A program made the translations under genes and the position numbers. Under the pieces are notes generated by a model that saw nothing but the letters and a program-made list of their open reading frames with translations, was not told the origin of the DNA and ran no database searches. From positions 20,584,001 to 20,648,000 of the forward strand of contig NC_135808.1 of the NCBI RefSeq assembly GCF_964213995.1: 64,000 nt of DNA, in the 5' to 3' direction. Origin of the DNA: Mustelus asterias. Lineage: Eukaryota. This document shows, one piece after another, positions 1-12,800 of the stretch; the stretch's first letter is position 1; every line of letters begins with the position of its first letter.

Positions 1-218
1 TTTGTGTGGGTTTCCTCTGGGTGCTCCGGTTTCCCCCCATACTCCAAAAATGTGCGGATTAGGTTGATTGGCCATGATAAATTGCCCCTCAGTGACAGGG
101 GGACTAGAAGGGTAAATATGTGGGATTACGGGGATGGGACCTGGGTAGGATTATTATCGGTGCAGGCTTGATGGGCCGATTGGCCTACTCTGCAGTGTAG
201 GGATTCTATGATTCTACG
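1..218 (+). mobile_element. HE1-like V-SINE (cut by window edge)
   Basis: V-domain gggtttcctctgggtgctccggttt and CR1-derived tail ending ggattctatgattcta. Confidence 0.85.
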
Positions 219-798
219 AATTAGTTGCCCAGTGCTTTGGAAATATCTCAGTCGGTGCAGACTCAATGGGCCAAATGGCCTCCTTCTGCACTGTTGATTC
301 TATGATTGAGAGAATGAGGCTTTGCACTTGCGAGATTGATTTCTTTTCTACAGCCAGATAGGTTATTGCTCATTGATTTTCATTCTGTTAATAAGTCACA
401 CACGTCTATATACACCAGCTCTAATTAATTCTGGCTCCTTAGGGGGATTAGTTAGGATGTAATTCAGGTTTGAGGGGTTGTCTCCCTCTCAGTGCCAAGA
501 GTTTGGCAAGGGCAGCACCAGCAGACTGTACAGGGGAATGGGTTATATCAGACAACAGAATCTCAGTTTTCAGAATGAACAGCAGACACCAAGCATTGTG
601 GTAGGTTTACTGTCAGCCTCAGTTATTCTAGTCATAAAAACTGACCCATGTTCTGTATAGGTATTCGTTCTCAGTCCAATTATACCTGTGTCTAATCTGT
701 GATTTCATAAAGGGGATAGTGTGGATTTATTGTTCCAAACCTATACTGGGTATGTGAAGTTGAAATAATGCAATTTGTTTTCTAATTAGGTTACTTAC

Positions 799-839
799 CA
801 GATCTTGCTCCATCTCATCTGGAGGTGACGTTATGTTGT
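799..839 (-). CDS. Cytoplasmic exon (Y)NITSPPDEMEQDL
   Basis: tttctaacttgttttgcag| 41 nt |GTAAGT, phase 1 to 0. The Tyr codon is formed across the junction (T|AC). Confidence 0.75.
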
Positions 840-3800
840 CTGCAAAACAAGTTAGAAACATAAATCAATGAGGTAAATCTCCTCTGTAACTGCACATGGT
901 GAGTCTAAGATTACACCATTTATAGTAATGGCAGTCTATGTTTGAAAAAAGCATTACAAGTATCAGTGTTGTCTATTGGAAATGTTGCTAGATATACGAT
1001 GTCTCACAACTATATCTATTGTACTGTTTAGCCAATCCAGAATACTACAGTGCAGAAGTGGCCCTTCGGCCCAGAGTCTGTACCAACCAATATGAGACCC
1101 TGACCTGCCCACCTTATCCACTTGCCAGCACTTGGCCCATGGCCTTGCATGTTATGGCGTGCCAAGTTCTCACCCAGATACTTTTTAAAGGATGCAAGGC
1201 ATGTGGATATGGATGTGAATCAGGTTTTTCTTAGTTTGTGACACTAGATGGTGTTCAGGATTGGGTCTGCATGCAATCACTGAAGCTAAAGTCACAGGAT
1301 TCTAGAGGAAGGAAAGTTTTGGGGGTCCCGGGAGGAGGGAAGTCATGGTTGTTTTCAGTCGGGGATTGGGGACTGGGCAGAGAGGCAGGGGATAGGGAGG
1401 TCAAGCAGTTACTGGAATGTAAATGGAGGGCACTCAAACTTAAAAGGGAACTTCTGATGGAGGTAATCCCCTTTCCATACGAGACCTAAACCCAATTATT
1501 TTCCAGTCTCTTCCATGTGCAGGAACTCTTCCCGCCAAAATGGTGAGAAATGACTCTCAAATGGTCAATAATTCGATTCCCGGCTTGGGTCACTGTCTGT
1601 GTGGAGTTTGCACATTCTCCCCGTGTCTGCATGGGTTTCCTCCGGGTGTTCCAGTTTCCTCCCACAGTCCAAAGATGTGCAGGTTAGATGAATTGGCCAT
1701 GCTAAATTGACCCTAGTTTCGGGGGGGATTAGCAGGGTAAATATGTAGGGTTACAGGGATAGGGCGGGATTGTTGTTGGTGCAGGCTCGAATGGTCTCCT
1801 TCTGTACTGTAGGGGTTCTATGAATAATTTGTCAGTTAAAGGCCTTAATTGTTGAAAGATCAGTCCTTGCCTATCCCACTTTTAACTGTTGGGAGGATGG
1901 GGCAGTGGGAAACCAATCGGGAGCAAGCACATCCATGCTATTTCACACTCACCTGCGTGACTTGTGACCCCCATCGTGCCTCATTTCAACTCTTAGGCAA
2001 CAAAACAGTGGAATGCCTCATGTTCATTCATGTCATGCATTAGATAGGATCACGGAGCAGTACAGCACAGGAGGATGCAGCTTGACCCTGGTTCCTTTGC
2101 ACAGACATTGAGTTCCTAACACTGCCCCACTTTTCCCCCCACATCTCTGCAATTTTCCTCTTTTTCCAAGAACATATCAGATTCCCTGGGTTTGCAAATT
2201 TGCTATCCCTGCACAGCTCCTGCAAGGTGCATTAATACATGTGGTGAACTGGGATCCTGCTGAGAGATGCAATTGTAGTTATAGACATGGCATGGTCCTA
2301 TCCCCATAACATGCAGAGGTGGTGGCCTCGTGGTATTGTCGCTAGACTATTAATCCAGAAACTCAGCTAGTGTTCTGGGGTCTTGGGTTCAAATCCCGCC
2401 ACGGCAGATTGTGAAATTTGCATTCAGTAAAAAATATCTGGAACTAAGAATCTACCGATGACCATAAAACTATTGTCGATTGTCGGAAAAACCTGTCTGG
2501 TTCACTAGTGTCCTTTAGGGAAGGAAATCTGCCATCCTTACCTGGTCTGGCCTACATGGGGGATAGAATATAAAAGCAGGGATGTCTTGATGCGCCTGTA
2601 CAGGGCATTGGTGAGGCCGCAGCTGGAATACTGTGTGCAGTATTGGTCCCCTTATATGAGGAAGGATATATTGGCATTGGAGGGAGTGCAGAGAAGGTTG
2701 ATACCGGAGATGAGGGGTTTGGATTATGAGGAGAGGCTGAGGAGATTGGGTTTGTACTCGTTGGAGTTTAGAAGGATGAGGGGGGATCTTATGGAGACTT
2801 ATAAGATAATGCGGGGGCTGGATAGGGTGGAGGCGGAGAGATTCTTTCCACTTAGTAAGGAAGTTAAAACTAGAGGACACAGCCTCAAAATAAAGGGGGG
2901 TCGGTTTAAGACAGAGTTGAGGAGGAACTTCTTCTCCCAGAGGGTGGTGAATCTCTGGAATTCTCTGCCCACTGAGGTGGTGGAGGCTACCTCGCTGAAT
3001 ATGTTTAAAGCGTGGATGGATGGATTCCTGATCGGTAAGGGAATTAAGGGTTATGGGGATCAGGCGGGTAAGTGGTACTGATCCACGTCAGATCAGCCAT
3101 GATCTTATTGAATGGCGGGGCAGGCTCGAGGGGCTAGATGGCCTACTCCTGCTCCTATTTCTTATGTTCTTATGTTCTTATGTGACTCCAGAGCCACAGC
3201 AATGTGGTTGACTTTCAACTGCCCTCCAAGGGCAACAAATGCTGGCCAACCAGCGACGCCAATGTCCCACGAATGAATAAAAAAAATGTTGTGACATAGA
3301 AGAGAAGTAAAGAGTGGTGCCTTGTAAAAAAAACCAAACCACAGACGGAGAAGTTATACAAACCATCACAAGTGTGAAAATCTTCAATTTAAAAGAAAAA
3401 TTAAATGAGTTCAGATAACTGCAGTGCATGACCCATAATTAGGGTTTGAATTGTAACCTTTCAAACACTTTTGAAGCAAACCATTGAAATTTAACTATTT
3501 TGGTTCTAATGACCCCATAGAAGTGTAAATGTTTGTCCACGGCATAAAATCCTATATAACTTACAATCCGTGCAAGCGATTTCCGGAGTAATTGTGCTTT
3601 GTCTGCAAGGGAAGAACATTAACAAAAAAAGTCAACCATATTTTCTCATAATGATGCCAAACATTGAAAGCTTTAAGGCACAGAAGGAGACTATTCAGCC
3701 CATCTTGTCTCTGCTAGCCATAAATGAGCTATCCAGCCAAAGCGGACTTCTCCGTTCCTGGTCCGCAGCTCTTTAGGTTGTGCCACCTCAATTGCATAGA

Positions 3801-6800
3801 ATCTCTACAGTGCAGGAGACCATTCGGCCCATTGAATCGGTACCAACTTTGCATCTTACCCAGCAACACCCCCCCCCCAACCACCACGGCAATCCAAGCT
3901 CCTCAACCCCGATTCTGCATCTTACTGCCCCCCCCCCACCCCCACCGCAACCCGAACTCCTTAACCCCCAATACACCTTACCTACACAACCTGGGACACT
4001 AGGGTAAAAGCAAATTAGTGCGGGATGCTGGAATCTGAAACCGAAAGAGAAAAGGCTGGAAAATCTCAACAGGTCTGGCAGCATCTGTGAGGAGAGAAAA
4101 GAGCTGACGTTTCGAGTCCAGATGACCAACTCTGACCAGCTTTGACATCGAGTCATAGAATCATAGAAACCCTACAGTGCAGAAAGAGGCCATTTGGCCC
4201 ATCGAGTCTGCACCGACCACAATCCCACCCGGGCCCTACCACCATATCCCTACATATTTTACCCGCTAATCCCTCTAATCTACGCATCTAAGAGGCAATT
4301 TTAGCATGGCCAATCAACCTAACCCGCACATCTTTGGACTGTGGGAGGAAACCGGAGCACCCGGAGGAAACCCACGCAGACACCAGGAGAATGTGCAAAC
4401 TCACACAGACAGTGACCCAAGCCGGGAATCGAACCCAGGTCCCTGGAGCTGTGAAGCAGCAATGCTAACCACTGAGCTACCATGCCGCCCCATAGGGTCA
4501 TCTGGACTCGAAATATCAGCTCTTTTCTCTCCTTACAGATGCTGCCAGACCTGCTGAGATTTTCCAGCATTTTCTCTTTTGCTTTGGGACACTGAGGGGC
4601 AATTTAGGAAGGCCAATCCACCTAACCAAGCATCCAAGTGCCTTTTTTTTTTGAAGTGGTGAGTGTTTCGGTCACGACTACTATTTCACGCAGTGAATTC
4701 CAACCCCTGCCCCCAAACTTTGGTCGAAAACTTCTTCAATCTCTTTGAATGTTATCGGTGTGAATTTCCAAACAATGGATGCATAAATGCTGACAATTAC
4801 TCACCTTTGGGCCTGTCGAAGATCTAACGAACAAGGAGACAAAAAAATTGTATTACATACCACATACCCTCATACATTCTCTCCATCAATCCCATCCTTC
4901 CTTTATAGAATAGAATCCCTACAGTGCAGAAGGAGGCCATTCGGCCCATCAAGTCTGCACTGACCACAATCCCACCCAGGCCCTATCCACATAACCCCAT
5001 GCATTTTACCCTAGCTAGCCCCCCCACCCCCCCACCCCCCCCACACTAAGGGGCAATTTAGCATGGCCAATCCATCTAACCCGCACATCTTTGGACTGTG
5101 GGAGGAAACCGGAGCATCCGGAGGAAACCCACATAGATACGGGGAGAATGTGCAAACAGTGACCCAAACTGGGACTCGAACCCGGGTCCCTGGCGCTGTG
5201 AGGCAGCAGTGCTAACCACTTCCTCTCACTTTCCTCCACCTCACACCCACATGCGCTGTGTTGTGCATCACTCCCTTAAATGCCTCCCTCCCTCTCGCCC
5301 CAATCTCCCTCGTATACCTCCCTGCGTGATACTCTACCTCCTACAAACCCCTTTCTCCCTCTCACCCTTCCCTCCTGTATGGCCCTCACTACTCAGATGC
5401 CTCTCTCCGTCATATCGCTCTCTTTATTCGGCCATTTTAAACCTTTGATTAAAATAAAGCTGGAGATTGATGAGTCAAAGCACAGCATGATCCCAGGACA
5501 TGGAGAAATAGAGACTTTGCTTCAAAATCATCAGTTGTGCCAAGTGATTCAATAGGTACAAGAAGCATGCACCATATAAATAGAAGGTGATTGAGGGGTG
5601 GTCTAAGGGAAATTTTGAGACTTTCATGGGGGCGCGGGAAGTGGAGGGCATAATATTTCTGTTTGTCAGGAAGGTGGAGGCCATACAAGATGATTTCCTC
5701 AAGTCGAACCGGGAGATGCCGGATCTGATCCTGGAGCAAGAGCAATAAACACTGCCCGGCACCAGAGCTTTCTGGCCTGGAAGTTGTCCTACTACCCGCT
5801 GGAGAGCACAAGACCATAAGATACAGGAGCAGAATTAGGCCATTTGGCCCATCGCATCTGCTTCCCCCATTCGATCATGGCTGATAGGTTTCTCAACCCT
5901 CATTCTCCCAGCTTTCCCCCGTAACCTTTGATCCCCTTATCAATCAAGGACCTATATATCTCTGTCTCAGATATACTCAATGACTTGGCCTCCACAGCCT
6001 CCTGCGGCAATGAATTCCACAGATTCATCACGGGGTGGCACGGTAGCGCAGTGGTTAGCACTGCTGCTTCATAGCTCCAGGGTCCCGGGTTCGATTCCCA
6101 GCTCGGGTCATTGTCTGTGTGGAGTTTGCACGTTCTCCTCGTGTCTGCGTGGGTTTCCTCCGGGTGCTCCGGTTTCCTCCCACAGTCCAAAGATGTGCGG
6201 GTTAGGTTGATTGGCCAGGTTAAAAATTGCCCCTTAGAATCCTAAAATGCGTAGGTTAGAGGGATTAGCAGGTAAAATATGCGGGGGTAGGGCCTGGGTG
6301 GGATTGTGGTCGGTGCAGACTCGATGGGCCGAATGGCCTCCTTCTGCACTGTAGGGTTTCTATGATTTCTATGATTTCTATGATTACCCTCTCTAAAGAA
6401 ATTCCTCCTCATCTCGGTTCTAAAATGTCGTTTCTTTATCATAGAATCCTAAAATACCGCGAGAGTACAGAAGGAGGCCATTCAGCCCATTAAATCTGCA
6501 CCAAACACAATCCCACCCAAAACCTATTCCCGTCACCCCACACATTTACCCTGCTCATCCCCTGATACTAGGGTCAATTTAGCATGGCCAATCAACCTGA
6601 CATCTTTGGAGAGTAGGAAGAAACTGGAGCACCCAGAGGAAACCCACACAAACATGGGGAGAAAGTACAAACTCCACACAGACAGTGACCCAAGGCTGGA
6701 ATTGAAACTGGGTCCCTGGTGCTGTGAGGCAGCAGTGCTAACCACTGTGCCACCAATTATTATTCTGAGGCTGAGTCCTCGGATCCTAGTCTTTCCTAAG

Positions 6801-9800
6801 AATGGAATCATCTTTCTCACATCCACTCTATCCAGGCCTTTCAGCATTCTGTAAGTTGCAATGAGATTCTACTCTCCCCAACATTCTTCTAAACTCCATC
6901 AATTACAGACCCAGAATCCTCAAACTCTCCGCATACATCAAGCTTTTCATTCACGGAATCATTCTGGTGAACCTCCTCTGGAGCCTCTCCAGAGGAGGTT
7001 CACGAGAAAGACCTGGTCACGCTGTCCATGGTCTGGGCCAACCCATGCCATAGTGGGCTGCCGTTAGAGTGGGCAAATTATGGGGAAGGTTTTGGAAATG
7101 GCAGATGGAGTTGAGGTTGATGATACACCGTGTTTCACTACAAGAGATGAGGTCATGAAACAAAGAAGATTGAAGCGTTTCCAAGGCAGAGGTCTTTTAA
7201 TGGAACTGTGGTTTCAAAAAACAAAGAACAAAGAACAAAGAAAATTACAGCGCAGAAACAGGCCCTTTGGCCTGCCAAGCCTGCACCGACCATGCTGCCC
7301 GATTTAACGAAAACCACCTCCCCTTTCGGGGACCATATCCCTCTATTCCCATCCTATTCATGTACATGTCAAGACGCCCCTTAAAAGTCACTACCGTATC
7401 CACTTCCACTACCACCCCCGGCAACGAGTCCCAGGCACCCACTACTCTCTGTGTAAAAAAGTCTGCCTCGTACATCTCCTTCAAACCTTGCCCCTCGCAC
7501 CTTAAACCTGTGCCCCCTAATAATTGACTCCTCCACCCTGGGAAAAAGCTTCTGACTATCCACTTTGTCCATGTCCCTCAGTCCTGTAGACTTCTATCAG
7601 GTCGCCCCTCAACCTCCGTCGCTCCAGTGAGAACAAACCAAGTTTCTCCAACATCTCCTCATAGCTAATGCCCTCCATACCAGGCAACATCCTGGTAAAT
7701 CTTTTCTGTAATCTCTCCAAAGCCTCCACATCCTGCTGCAAGATTTCTGGGGGTTGCCAAGAAGAAGGACTGAGTGCACTGAGTCCTTAGTCCCTGATGC
7801 AACAAACAAATCAAGTTTATTGCAAAAGTCTAATCTGAATCTCTGGCAAGATTTTATTCATCTGGTTACATAGAATCCCTACAATACAGAAGGAGGCCAT
7901 TCGGCCCATTGAGCTTGCAGCAACAACAATCCCACCCAGGCCCGATCCCCATAACCCCACACATTTACCCTGCAAATCCCCCTGACACTTAGGGGCAATT
8001 TGACATGGCAAATCAGCCTAACCCACACATCTTTGGAGCATTGAAACAGTGTTACATTGTTAACTGTAAAGCATACAGGGAAAAAAATGTAGCCCTCATA
8101 CACAGTTGTAAATGGGAATTGGGGTAGAACTGGTTAGGGAGTGGCAGTCACAATGCAAAATATCTTCAGCTGGGGTTCAACATTTTAAACCACTTTAGAA
8201 TTGGCATCAAATGCTTGCTTTTAAAACTCAACAGTTAAATCGATGTTCAAGCTACTCTGTTCCTGTGCCAAAATTAAATAAATGATGCCGCTTTTTTCAG
8301 CTATTGCAGGAGGAGAAATCAGTGGGTTTTTTTAAACTGCTTGAAGCAAACACTTAAAGTCTATTTTAATGCAATTAATTTCAGTTGCATTTCACAATCA
8401 GGTTATCTGATGTTGCTTGTTTCATTTTTAAAAATGAAACAAAAGTTAAATTTATGATGGGCACAGTGGTTAGCACTACTGCCTCACAGCGCCAGGGACC
8501 TGGGTTCAATTCCAGCCTCAGGTCACTGTCTGTGTAGAGTTTCCACATTCTCCCCGTGTCTGCGTGGGTTTCCTCCGGGTGCTCCGGTTTCCTCCCACAC
8601 TCCAAAGATGTGCAGGTTAGGCTGATTGGCCATGCTAAAGTGATCCTCGCATCTGGGGGATTAGCAGGGTAAATATGAGAGATTCTGGGAATAGGACAGG
8701 GGTGGGATTGTGGCCGGTGCAGACTTGATGGGCTGAATGGCCTCCTACTATACTGTAGGGATTCTATGATTTTGCTGTTTCAAATTCTAGTTTTGTGGCC
8801 GAAATTGACTCCTCAACATGAAGGGGCAAACTGATTTCATATTATTTCCTGACCTAAACATCGTGTTGTGAGCAGAGTAGATAGTCGGATATATCTTTTT
8901 CATGTGGGGATAGTTTGACACCAAAAACACTCGGTGAGAGATGCACCAGTTGGGTTCCTTCAATGTGTTAAAGGCCTGATACATCTCTGTTCTTGGCCAA
9001 AATACAGAATACTTGTTATCCAGTATCATGTTTCTTTTTTGATTATGATAAAGCCTAAGATTTTAAATATCTGGAGGCTTGGATGCAGAATTAAAAACTC
9101 TTGATCTATTACAGTCTACTCTGGATCTATTGCATGCTACTGATTCTACTTTATTTCTGGAACGCAACAGAAATTCACAATGTTCTGTGTGATTAACGAT
9201 AATCTGCCAAGCGAGGATTTGATCATATTAGACCTTTGTGCTCTTGTGACGAATGTGAATGAAAATGCATTTATGTGGTGCACATTACTTTGTCCTAATT
9301 ACAATTCTGATCTTCTCCGGCATGTAGTGCATTGTTTTTTGACATGGACGATATTTAAAACTGGTGGATGGATGGACGGAAAGAGGAAGGGACAGATGGA
9401 TGGATGGACGGACGGCCAATACACTAGCCAGTGATCAGACCTTGTCCAGGAAATGGATTTAGTTGCATAGTCATAGGATCTCTACAGTACAGAAGGAGGC
9501 CATTCAGTCCATTGTGTCTGTCCCAGCCACAATCCCACACAGGCCTTACTCCCATAACCCCACACATTTACCCTGCTAATCCCCCTGAAACTAGGGTCAA
9601 TTTAGCATGGCCAATCAACCTTACCCGCATATCTTTGTAGTGTGGGAGGAAACCGGAGCGCCTGGAGGAAACCCACGCAGACACGGGGAGAAAGTGCAAA
9701 CTCCACACAGACAGTGAACCCGAGGCCAGAATTGAACCTGGGACCCTGGCACTGTGAGGCACCAGTGCTAACCACTGTGCCGTGATCATGTTGCTGTGCC

Positions 9801-12800
9801 AGTAATCTAGAGGCCCAGGCTAATGGTGTGGAAACATGAGTTGCAAAACTACCCAGTAAAACCAATCTGGTTCACTCATGCCCTTTAGGGAGGAAATCTT
9901 CTCACGTTACCTGGTCTGGCCAGAAATGTAATCACTCCTGACCCACAATAATGCACTTGTATCATTACTGCCCTCTGAAATAACATCACAAGCCATACAG
10001 TTGTCTCAAGGATATCCTCGGGATGGGCAATAAATACCAGCCTTGCCAGTGGTGCATACATCTCATGAATAAGGAGGCAAAATGACTGAATATTGGACGA
10101 GTATGTAACAGACAGCCAGGTGATACTGACCATTCTGTGTTAACATTGCAATGCTAAATGGAATGTTGTAATTTACTGCAAGGGAAGCAACATATCTAAA
10201 TAGGACTATTTTGCTACAGTTGTAGCGGATGTTGGTGAAATCACATATAGAACACTATGTACGGTTTTAGTCTCCTTAATAAGTAAGGATATAAATCATA
10301 GAATCCCTACAGTGCAGAAGGAGGCCATTCGGCCCATCGAGTCTGCACTGACAACAATCCCACCCAGGCCCTATTCCGTAACCCCACATATTACCCTGCT
10401 AATCCCTCTAACCTACATACCCGGGACACTAAGTGGCAAGTTAGCATGACCAATACACCTAACCTGCACATCTTTTGGACAGTGGGAAGAAACCGGAGCA
10501 CCCAGAGGAAACTCACGCAGACACAGGGTGAATGTGCAGACTTCACACAGACAGCGATCCAAGGCTGGAATCGAACCCAGGTCCCTGGAATGATGAGGCA
10601 ACAGTACTATAGCCACTATGCCACCGTGCTGCCCTAAATTAAGTTTACTTGACAGGATGGGGCTGAGGGGATGCCTTATGAGAAAAGGTTGAACAGACTG
10701 CACCTATATTCAGTGGAGTTTAAAAGATTGAGCTGTGATCTTAGTGAATCATAGAAGATCCCAAGGGGACTTAACAGGCTGGATACTTAAAAGCTGTTTC
10801 TCCTTGAGAGAGAGACTGGAACAAGCTTACATCATTTAAAAATAAGAGGTCTCTCAATTAAGATAGAGGCAAGAAGAATTATTTTCTCTCAGAAAGTCGT
10901 AAATCTGTGGAACTCTCTTCCCCAGAGGGCAGTGGAAACAGGGTCAATATTTTTTCTGAGGCAGAAGTTGATAGATTCTTGTTTAAAGGAGGTGGGGTGG
11001 GGGGGGGGGGGGGGGGGGGGGTGCATTCAGAGGTTATCGAGAGGTAGGCAGAATGAGGCCACAATCAGATTGGCCATGATCTTATTGAATGTTGGACCAG
11101 GCTGAAGGGGCCAAATGGTCTACCCTTGCTCCTAATTCATATGGCCATATGTCTGGATCAAATTCCTACCTGTTGCGCACAAATTATATAGTTGTTGCCA
11201 TAATTTCGACAGTTGTGTTGCATGGTATCAGGATGCATATACTTTCATTTATTTGCTTGTGAAGGTAATCTTTCTAATCCATTTATAATTTCCCTGAGAA
11301 GGTGTCAATTCGATTTTTCTTCCAGGAATTGATAATTATAACTATTGCCAACATCATGAGCTCATTGAAATGAGCTGTAGTTCAGGACAAGATAGATTCC
11401 CCATCTGCACATTTCCAAAACTCTTAACTTTATCGACATTGTCCACACAGTCAAATCATCACATTACCGTTAAACTAGGGTGCAGTTTTCACTGACCTCC
11501 ACTGTGTCCCTGGTCAAGTGGCAACCCTAATATATTACTCGAGTCATTCTCCCATATGCCAGTAGAGCGGTTAACTGAATACCTCAACCATTATTCAATT
11601 CCACACCTTCCCAAGGCAATATTTCATAACCATAATACTTGAAAATCAGCAAAAGATGCATGCCCTTACCATTCACTCTGCGTAACCTCAAACAGTAGAA
11701 TGCAACGCTGAGAAAGATGCCCAGTTCCACCACTGTGCTGACCACCAGGATTAACAATAGAACCGCCATAGGCTTTGCTTTCTCTGTGGAGAGAAGACAG
11801 CAAGTCAGATGGGAGCATTGTGTCAGAGGGAACACGACCGCTCCATTCAGCACTCCAAAAACACATCATCATTCAACTAGGCCATGGTGGAGTTGAATCC
11901 TAACTCCATCAACCTGTCGATATTCCGTGTCCCTTCCTATCATTGTCCTGAGGCGACCTACCAAATCTTTGTTTCAAAGGTTTCCGTTTTCCTCAGTTGA
12001 ACAACTTTATTGGCAAGAGTTCAAGTTTCCATCACCCCTTTGTAAAAATAACTCCTCTTTGTTCAATTTCAGATCTCTAGTTTCAGAGCCAAGTCTCACC
12101 GGTGTTGACTGTCCCACCAGAAGAAACAATTTCTCCCAATATACAGGACCAAATCCTTCCATCAACTTAGAAATCAAACCCAAGTTTCATTCTGGGGAAT
12201 CAGGATTGTGACCCTCAACAGCCAACAGATCCTCCCTCTCCTGTCTTGAGCTGAGTGCAATTCTCCAAACGTGGTCCAAACAGTGCATGAAGCAACAGAG
12301 GAGAGTTACAGAACAAAGAGATCTAGGGGTACATGTTCATAGCTCCTTGAAAGTGGAGTCACAGGGAGACAGAATGGTGAAGAAGGCATCCGGCATGCTT
12401 GGTTTCATCGGTCAGAACATTGAATACAGGAGTTGGAATGTCTTGTTGAAGTTGTACAAGACATTGGTAAGGCCACACTTGGAATACTGTGTGCAATTCT
12501 GGTCACCCTATCATAGAAAGGATATTATCGAACTAGAAAGAGTGCAGAAAAGATTTACTAGGATGCTACCGGGACTTGATGGATTGAGTTATAAGGAGAG
12601 GCTGGATAGACTGGGACGTTTTCCTCTGGAGCATAGGAGGCTGAGGGGTGATCTTATAGAGGTCTATGAAATAATGAGGGGCACAGATCAGCTAGATAGT
12701 CAATATCTTTTCCTAAAGGTAGGGGAGTCTAAAACTAGAGGGCATAGGTTTAAGGTGAGAGGGAGAGATACAAAAGTGTCCAGAGGGGCAATTTTCTCAC

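Noticed and set aside
692-745. Terminal exon YRFGTINPHYPLYEITD-stop for the receptor
   Set aside because: It would need a 53-nt intron, too short for a typical vertebrate intron. The true last exon is probably outside the window
5455-5810. Coding-like patch (continuing at about 6995-7215) in the TM-cytoplasmic intron
   Set aside because: It has stops and no convincing splice sites or recognisable motif. Probably a decayed transposon, family not assignable
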